From: an uncultured Erwinia sp. | GTDB taxonomy: Bacteria > Pseudomonadota > Gammaproteobacteria > Enterobacterales > Enterobacteriaceae | DNA: 64,000 bases | Reading direction: 5' to 3' | NCBI GenBank assembly: GCA_946221915.1 | Contig: CAMIKG010000006.1 | Span: 28,075-92,074 of the forward strand | Part shown: positions 42,301 through 48,174 of the stretch, piece after piece | Position numbering within the stretch: the stretch's first letter is position 1 | Layout of the letters: each line of letters opens with the position of its first letter | The notes under the pieces: model-generated | The model's input: the letters and a program-made list of their open reading frames with translations, nothing else | Databases searched by the model: none | Told to the model about the DNA's origin: nothing | Made by a program: the position numbers and the translations under genes

Positions 42301-42675
42301 AAAACCACTGTCGCGTCGCCGAATCCTCCTTCGCCGGTGAATCAGCGGTATGAACAGGGTAAGGCTTTCGAAGATAAGTACTACGGTCAGTATTCCGCAG
42401 ATAAAGCTGTTTCTGCCCGTGAGCTGTCAGTGAAGACAGAGGGGGGAACCACTGTCAGGATTGATATGGTGGGTAAGGATGCTAATGGTAAATTAACCTG
42501 TGTCGAGTGTAAGAGCTCGGCTACTGCGCCACTGACAAAAAATCAGAAAGTAGGGTATCCTGAAATTGAAAAAAGTGGGGCAACGGTAATAGGTGCAGGC
42601 AGACCAGGTTTCGAGACAGGAACGAAAATTCCGCCCACGAAAGTAGAAATTGTCAGACCTGATACAGATAAATAG
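30322..42675 (+). CDS. cdiA: Contact-dependent growth inhibition toxin/exoprotein CdiA (4117 aa). Has a TPS domain, an expanded FHA-1 repeat region, a variable receptor-binding domain, YP and FHA-2 regions, a pretoxin with AENN motif, and a C-terminal toxin.
   Basis: N-terminal TPS domain …[56 protein letters not shown] is nearly identical to E. coli CdiA. There are more than 1700 aa of about 20-residue G/L/N/T repeats. Conserved blocks [19 protein letters not shown] and [20 protein letters not shown] are present. The pretoxin motif reads …[12 protein letters not shown]…. Confidence 0.93.
   Translation: [4117 protein letters not shown]
36490..37050 (+). other. CdiA class-variable receptor-binding domain segment
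   Basis: It begins right after the conserved TGHLLNQ(W/R)E and ends where conserved …[13 protein letters not shown]… resumes. The sequence between is unrelated to the EC93 (BamA-binding) receptor-binding domain. Confidence 0.55.
41728..42675 (+). other. CdiA C-terminal toxin region (after AENN). It has an N-terminal entry/translocation subdomain with two Cys pairs, and a C-terminal PD-(D/E)xK nuclease-like toxin.
   Basis: About 316 aa following AENN (nt 41716-41727). Motifs are CEGESC and CSSNPGEC. The last about 120 aa carry AFEDKYYGQ…[11 protein letters not shown]…[10 protein letters not shown] (E … hD … ExK). Confidence 0.6.
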
Positions 42676-42684
42676 AGGTAGCAA

Positions 42685-43017
42685 ATGTCAGTTGAAGATG
42701 TTAATAAAATTGATGCTATTGGGATACCAAAAGACGATTTAGAATTGGTAAACCTGGGCATAGCTGATCATCTGCCATGGGAACCTCCTGTTGAAGAGCA
42801 TCTATACAAGCTGCAGGAAAAAATAAATAGTTATATCCGCTTTATCGAAAGTGGCGAGATTTATGAAAGCTTCCCCGCGGCAAAAAATACCCGTAAGAAA
42901 CTGATCGAAATTTGTTTCCAGTATGAGCCTTCCGATGAAGCCGTATACTTCCTGCAAAAAGTACGAGATGTTCTGGCTTCTGTCGATATTGACTTCAGGT
43001 ACTTTGTTGCTGAATAG
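42685..43017 (+). CDS. cdiI: Candidate CdiI immunity protein (110 aa, acidic, no recognisable family)
   Basis: Starts 10 bp after the cdiA stop with AGAGGTAG RBS. Small cytosolic acidic protein in the canonical cdiBAI position. Confidence 0.65.
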   Translation: MSVEDVNKIDAIGIPKDDLELVNLGIADHLPWEPPVEEHLYKLQEKINSYIRFIESGEIYESFPAAKNTRKKLIEICFQYEPSDEAVYFLQKVRDVLASVDIDFRYFVAE

Positions 43018-43025
43018 GTATCCAA

Positions 43026-43550
43026 ATGATGCAACGAATTCAGCTACTACAAGGTGATATCACCACTATCCCGGCAGGCGCGATAGTGAATGCAGCCAAC
43101 TCATCCTTACTGGGTGGCGGCGGAGTCGATGGCGCGATTCATCGTGCCGGTGGTTCGGCAATACTCGATGAATGCAGAAAAATCAGAAATCGACAGGGGG
43201 GTTGTGCCGTGGGAGATGCGGTGATCACCACTGCGGGAAATCTTCCTGCAGAATATGTCATTCACACCGTTGGCCCCCACTGGAATGGGGGCGATCATCA
43301 TGAAACAGATCTGCTGCGTAAAGCCTATCTTAGTTGCTTTCAATTGATTGATGAGTATGCGGTTAAAACTGTCTCGTTCCCTAATATCAGTACCGGTATT
43401 TATAAATTCCCTAAACAGCTGGCGGCAGAAATTGCTATCCAGACTGTTGTTGATTGCTTGAGCAAAAATGATAGCGTTGAGATGGTTAACTTTGTGTGTT
43501 TTGATGCGGATAATTATAATCTCTACGCTGCGATGATAGGTAAAGCATAA
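43026..43550 (+). CDS. Macrodomain protein, YmdB-like O-acetyl-ADP-ribose deacetylase / ADP-ribose hydrolase
   Basis: …LLQGDITTIPAGAIVNAANSSLLGGGGVDGAIHRAGG… carries the macrodomain signature N(A)AN…GGGV(D)GAIH, and overall resembles E. coli YmdB. Only 8 bp after cdiI. Confidence 0.85.
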   Translation: MMQRIQLLQGDITTIPAGAIVNAANSSLLGGGGVDGAIHRAGGSAILDECRKIRNRQGGCAVGDAVITTAGNLPAEYVIHTVGPHWNGGDHHETDLLRKAYLSCFQLIDEYAVKTVSFPNISTGIYKFPKQLAAEIAIQTVVDCLSKNDSVEMVNFVCFDADNYNLYAAMIGKA

Positions 43551-43616
43551 TATTCATGTCATTTTTTACACTGTATCCAATGGCTGTGTGTTTTATAATT
43601 CAGGGATGGTTGGTGT

Positions 43617-44111
43617 ATGTTATGTATTAAATGTAATCAAAACGAAGGAAATAAAGCATCCGGTTTTTGCAACAGCTGTGAAAATGCCGAAAGCAAGCTT
43701 ATCAATGGTGTGTTGTACCTCCCCGCAGCCGGCCTGGTGTTAAGTCTTCTCGCGGGTCTTTTCAGTTTTTATGGTTTCGCGTCAGAAGTCATCAGCTATT
43801 TTATGAAAAGCAGAATGATCACCTGGTTCGCCTTAGGTGGTCTGGTGGTGATGCTGGTCGATATCATGTTTACCGCCTTTACGGCTTACTTCTTCTTCCG
43901 ACAGAAAAAGGGCATTCGCAAGGTCATTATTCCCTGGTATCTTCTTGGATTGCTCTATGCTGTCTACTTCTCTCTGCTCCCGTCATGGCTTTTTGGTAGT
44001 TATTTCGGACAAGGTGAGATCAGGTTGTTAGCGACTGGTGTCGTCGGTGTTGTAGTATGGATTCCATACTTCCTGTTCTCAAAGAGAATCAATGAAGTCT
44101 TTAGCCGATAA
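43617..44111 (+). CDS. Hypothetical membrane protein with N-terminal CxxC-x9-CxxC zinc-ribbon and four predicted TM helices
   Basis: MLCIKCNQNEGNKASGFCNSCEN… then hydrophobic segments. Lies in an AT-rich segment. Confidence 0.55.
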   Translation: MLCIKCNQNEGNKASGFCNSCENAESKLINGVLYLPAAGLVLSLLAGLFSFYGFASEVISYFMKSRMITWFALGGLVVMLVDIMFTAFTAYFFFRQKKGIRKVIIPWYLLGLLYAVYFSLLPSWLFGSYFGQGEIRLLATGVVGVVVWIPYFLFSKRINEVFSR

Positions 44112-44291
44112 TATAAAGCTGCGGGCGAAAATTGAGATACAACATGGAATGAAAATTAGTCTCTGTACCCGAATAAGTCACACCCTTGCACACTTTCTAA
44201 CGCTTTCTTGTTACCCGTTGCGCGAATTTTAATCGAATCACGCCTGTGCTAAAGTCCGCCTCCATGTTAAACGGAATGACAGGATTCAGGC

Positions 44292-45215
44292 ATGGCAGCC
44301 ACGACTCACATCTCGCACGACGCTGTATTTAAAAGTTATCTCACCCGTCAGGAAACCGCCGTGGATTTCCTGCAGGTTTATTTGCCACCGGCAATACTCC
44401 AGCGCTGTAATCTGCATACCGTGCAGCTGGAATCCGGTAGCTTTGTGGAAGAAAACCTGCGCGCCTGTTACTCGGATATTCTCTACTCAATGCACACGGT
44501 TGACGGTAAAGGGTATATTTACGCCCTGATTGAACACCAAAGCTTACCCGACAGACATATGACTTTTCGCCTGATGCGCTATGCCATTGCGGCGATGCAG
44601 CGGCATCTCGATCAAGGCAACACAGAATTGCCACTGGTGATTCCTGTGCTGTTTTATCACGGTAAAAAGAGTCCGTATCCCTATTCCATGAACTGGCTGC
44701 ATGGTTTCAGCGATCCGCAACTGGCGCAGCAGGTCTACAGCAGCAGCTTTCCGCTGGCGGATATCACCATGATTTCAGATGAAGAAATCGAACAGCATCG
44801 TGGCATTGCACTACTCGAACTGATGCAAAAACATATCCGTGATCGGGATCTGATGGCTATCGCGGATAAACTGGGCAGACAAATGGCGAAGGGTTACAAT
44901 AGCGAAGAGCAAATCAAGGCATCGCTGGCGTACCTGCTGGATAAGGGAAGTACCTCTACGCCGCAGGCCTTGATTCGGTTATTGCTGCAACATACACCTC
45001 AACATAAGGAATTGCTGATGACTATTGCAGAACAACTCAGGCAGTCCGGCCGGAAAAAAGGGCTCAGGGAAGGCATGCTGTTGGGAGAAAAGAAAGGACG
45101 CGAAGAACTCCGCCTTGAAATGGCGCGCGATATGCTGGCCAAAGGACTACAACCCTCGTTGATCAAAGAGATCGCTGGCCTGACAGAAAATGACCTGAAA
45201 TGCCTGTGCAATTAA
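44292..45215 (+). CDS. Rpn-family recombination-promoting nuclease / putative transposase (YhgA-like, PD-(D/E)xK)
   Basis: MAATTHISHDAVFKSYLTRQETAVDFLQVYLPPAIL…YALIEHQS… is typical of the E. coli RpnA-E/YhgA family. 307 aa. Confidence 0.82.
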   Translation: MAATTHISHDAVFKSYLTRQETAVDFLQVYLPPAILQRCNLHTVQLESGSFVEENLRACYSDILYSMHTVDGKGYIYALIEHQSLPDRHMTFRLMRYAIAAMQRHLDQGNTELPLVIPVLFYHGKKSPYPYSMNWLHGFSDPQLAQQVYSSSFPLADITMISDEEIEQHRGIALLELMQKHIRDRDLMAIADKLGRQMAKGYNSEEQIKASLAYLLDKGSTSTPQALIRLLLQHTPQHKELLMTIAEQLRQSGRKKGLREGMLLGEKKGREELRLEMARDMLAKGLQPSLIKEIAGLTENDLKCLCN

Positions 45216-45343
45216 CTCAGGCTTAAGCCACAAAATCAGCGGCCAGCAACGCAGGCTGATAACAGGGAGGGAATCTGCACGACAATCCCTCCCATCCTTA
45301 CCTATAATACTTCACCAAATCCTCCACCCAACCTGTAACAGTT

Positions 45344-46753
45344 ATGGCCAAATACCAACAGCTGGTGCATCAAATCCGCGCCCAAATCGAGGCCGAAGTC
45401 TGGCAACCCGGCGAGCGGTTGCCGTCGCTGCGCGAGCAGGTCACCCTTAGCGGGCTTAGCCTGATGACCGTGATGCATGCCTACCAGGTGCTGGAAAGCC
45501 AGGGCTGGATAGTGTCACGGCCGCAATCCGGTTACTACGTGGCGCCGCGCGCGGAGTTCCTCAGCCAGCCGGTGAACCACCAGAAAGTGCAGCTGGCAGA
45601 AACGGTGGATATCAACGCCTTTATCTTTGATGTACTGCAGGCCTGCCGCGATCCGCAGATTATTCCTTTCGGCTCCGCGTTTCCCGATCCGGAACTGTTT
45701 CCGCAAAGCCAGCTGATGCGTTCGCTGAACAGCGTTTCCCGCAGCTTAACGCCAGCGGATGCCATCAATAACCTGCCGCCGGGCAATGAAGCGCTGCGTA
45801 AAACGCTGGCGCAGCGCTATGCCCAGCAGGGGATCATGGTGCCGCCGGAGGAGATTGTGATTACCAATGGCGCGATGGAAGCATTGAGCCTTAGCCTGCA
45901 GGCGGTAACCGAACCCGGTGACTGGGTGGTGATTGAAAACCCCACCTTCTATGGCGCGCTGCAGGCGATAGAGCGGCTGAAGCTGAAAGCGGTTGCCATC
46001 GCCACCGATCCGCAGCACGGCATGGATCTTGATGAACTGCAACGCGCGCTGGAGCGCTGGCCGGTGAAGGCCTGCTGGCTGATGACCAACCAGCAAAATC
46101 CGGTGGGCTTTACCCTGGCGAAAGAGAAAAAGCAGCAGCTGGTCGCGCTGCTGGCGCAGCATCAGGTGGCGCTTATCGAAGACGATGTCTACAGCGAGCT
46201 CTATTTTGGCGGCGATAAACCGTTACCGGCGAAGGCGTTTGACCGCAGCGGCGATGTGCTGCACTGCTCCTCGTTCTCCAAAAATCTGGTGGCGGGATTT
46301 CGCGTTGGCTGGGTGGCGGCGGGGCGTCATGCGCAGCGCATCCAGCGCCTGCAACTGATGAGTACGCTGGCGACCAGTGCGCCGATGCAGCTGGCGCTGG
46401 CGAATTACCTCGGCACGCGCAGCTATGACAGCCATTTGCGTAAACTGCGTCAGGTACTGGAGCAGCGCAAGAATATGGCGCGCCAGTCGCTAAAACGCCA
46501 TCTGCCTGCAGGCACGCGTATCAACGATTCGCGCGGCGGTTATTTTCTCTGGATTGAATTACCAAAACAGGTCAACGCCACTGAGCTGTACTATCGCGCA
46601 CTGCAGCAGCAGATCAGCATCGCACCCGGCAGTATGTTCTCGTCAGGTCAGCAGTACGCTAACTATTTTCGCTTTAACGCGGCGTGGCCGTGGGATGAGG
46701 TGCAGGAAGCGGCGGCCGTGACACTTGGCGGCCTGATTGCCGCCATGATGTAA
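45344..46753 (+). CDS. MocR/GabR-type regulator (GntR wHTH fused to PLP-dependent aminotransferase-like domain)
   Basis: N-terminal …LPSLREQVTLSGLSLMTVMHAYQVLESQGWIVSRPQSGYYV (GntR HTH) followed by an approximately 350-aa fold-type-I aminotransferase-like domain. Confidence 0.85.
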   Translation: MAKYQQLVHQIRAQIEAEVWQPGERLPSLREQVTLSGLSLMTVMHAYQVLESQGWIVSRPQSGYYVAPRAEFLSQPVNHQKVQLAETVDINAFIFDVLQACRDPQIIPFGSAFPDPELFPQSQLMRSLNSVSRSLTPADAINNLPPGNEALRKTLAQRYAQQGIMVPPEEIVITNGAMEALSLSLQAVTEPGDWVVIENPTFYGALQAIERLKLKAVAIATDPQHGMDLDELQRALERWPVKACWLMTNQQNPVGFTLAKEKKQQLVALLAQHQVALIEDDVYSELYFGGDKPLPAKAFDRSGDVLHCSSFSKNLVAGFRVGWVAAGRHAQRIQRLQLMSTLATSAPMQLALANYLGTRSYDSHLRKLRQVLEQRKNMARQSLKRHLPAGTRINDSRGGYFLWIELPKQVNATELYYRALQQQISIAPGSMFSSGQQYANYFRFNAAWPWDEVQEAAAVTLGGLIAAMM

Positions 46754-46759
46754 GCGGGA

Positions 46760-47248
46760 TCAGGCGGCTGAGGTGTTCGCCCGGCTGCCCCAGGTGAGGG
46801 AGTACACGTCATAGAAGTCGACCGCGCCCTTTTTTTCCAGCAGGGTGCGGATACCGGTTTTGACCTCTTCCGGTGCGGCCTGGTTAGCCAGGATCTCCTG
46901 CACGGCGCCCTCGGAGAGATTGCGGTCGTAGTACCACTCGCCGTAATAAACGACGCGGATATCGTGCACGTGGTCGATATCCTCAAAACGGTATTTCGGG
47001 TTAACGTCCAGCAGCATCAGGATACTCATCAGCAGGACAAACAGTGTCGCGCCCCAGAACGCAGGCCAGCCGAGAAACTCAGTGGTAAAGATCAGCGCTA
47101 CCGTCAGGGCATAACAGATATACATCGACAGCCACAGGCCGGGATGGGTTTTCAGAAAGTTGAAACTGAAGCGGAATTTGTTATCGCGACGTTCCTGACG
47201 ATTTAAGGTATCGATCTCGCGCAGCAGGATTTGTTTTATTTCGTTCAT
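46760..47248 (-). CDS. YlaC-like small inner membrane protein (DUF1449-like)
   Basis: MNEIKQILLREIDTLNRQERRDNKFRFSF…FLKTHPGLW… plus two TM helices resembles E. coli YlaC. AAGGTGAG RBS. Confidence 0.6.
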   Translation of the reverse strand: MNEIKQILLREIDTLNRQERRDNKFRFSFNFLKTHPGLWLSMYICYALTVALIFTTEFLGWPAFWGATLFVLLMSILMLLDVNPKYRFEDIDHVHDIRVVYYGEWYYDRNLSEGAVQEILANQAAPEEVKTGIRTLLEKKGAVDFYDVYSLTWGSRANTSAA

Positions 47249-47435
47249 TACTCACCTTACTCATGCAACTGCAGCAGGTTGAAATTAGAACATGTTGCGC
47301 AGGATAATAACAGCAACAGTTAAAGGGCATTTTTCTATAACAGTTGCCGCATCCGCTCAGCAGCCTGCGTCGCGCCAGAGGAGGAGAGTCAGGGCGGCGT
47401 TTCCTTCAGCGAACAGGACGTTTTTGAGCGGTTTT

Positions 47436-48053
47436 TCAGCGACGCCAGCGCATCAACGCCAGCAGCAGCAGAATGAAGACTATCATACGAATGAGGGTAT
47501 ACCCCTGCTGTAAGCCTTGAAAGATCGGTTGCTTCAGATTGTGGCCCTGCTGGCTAAGAAAGCCCGCCAGATCGTGGAGAATCTCCAGGTAGAGCAGTAT
47601 AAGGATAATGGCGCACTTGCAGCTTATCTCCACTACCCAGGCAAGGTGTTGCACGGAGAACAGGCGGCGCGGTGCGATGTTTTGCCACTCTGACTTTAGC
47701 GCTTTCACTATCGATTTCCAGCCTCGTGGCGCCAGCCCGGCAAGGGAAGCCGCCAGCGGAATCGGCAACAGCGTGGCAAGAAATTTCACCACCAGCACTA
47801 CATTGAGCAACAGCAGTCTGCGCAGAGAGCCTTCATCATCCAGATCCATGGCAATCAGATTGACTGACTCAAATGACTCTTCAATCAGCACCAGATAATA
47901 AGGCAGACATAACGGCAGGGTGAACAGGCTGGTCAGCAGCCCGGCGGTGAGCGCAAATTTTTTTGGGTGCACCGGTTCTTTTGGCTGGTGAGGGGGCTTT
48001 AGCTCACTGCCGGAAGGTTTTGTATGATAAATAACGCGATTGTGTCCTGACAT
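47436..48053 (-). CDS. Hypothetical inner membrane protein (206 aa)
   Basis: ATG at 48053 with AAGGA RBS 8 nt upstream. Hydrophilic Pro/Lys-rich N-terminus then three to four hydrophobic segments. No family recognised. Confidence 0.5.
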   Translation of the reverse strand: MSGHNRVIYHTKPSGSELKPPHQPKEPVHPKKFALTAGLLTSLFTLPLCLPYYLVLIEESFESVNLIAMDLDDEGSLRRLLLLNVVLVVKFLATLLPIPLAASLAGLAPRGWKSIVKALKSEWQNIAPRRLFSVQHLAWVVEISCKCAIILILLYLEILHDLAGFLSQQGHNLKQPIFQGLQQGYTLIRMIVFILLLLALMRWRR

Positions 48054-48174
48054 TAGGGTGTCCTTTGCCAGGTTATTGCACAATAATCTCTGTTATTAAA
48101 AATAATAAGGGTTGCCGTGGTTACCTGCACCATGAGATTCCATTCCAATATATACCTTCCTTGGCTAATCGTTT

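Noticed and set aside
43026-43550. Macrodomain gene as a toxin or as part of CdiA
   Set aside because: It is a separate ORF after the cdiI stop and resembles the hydrolytic YmdB-type macrodomain (ADP-ribose removal), not an ADP-ribosyltransferase. It is interpreted as a hydrolase/immunity-like gene instead.
47292-47513. ORF 47292..47513 (+) overlapping the start region of the 47436..48053 membrane-protein gene
   Set aside because: Short, Arg/Gln-rich, no RBS. It overlaps a better-supported gene on the opposite strand.
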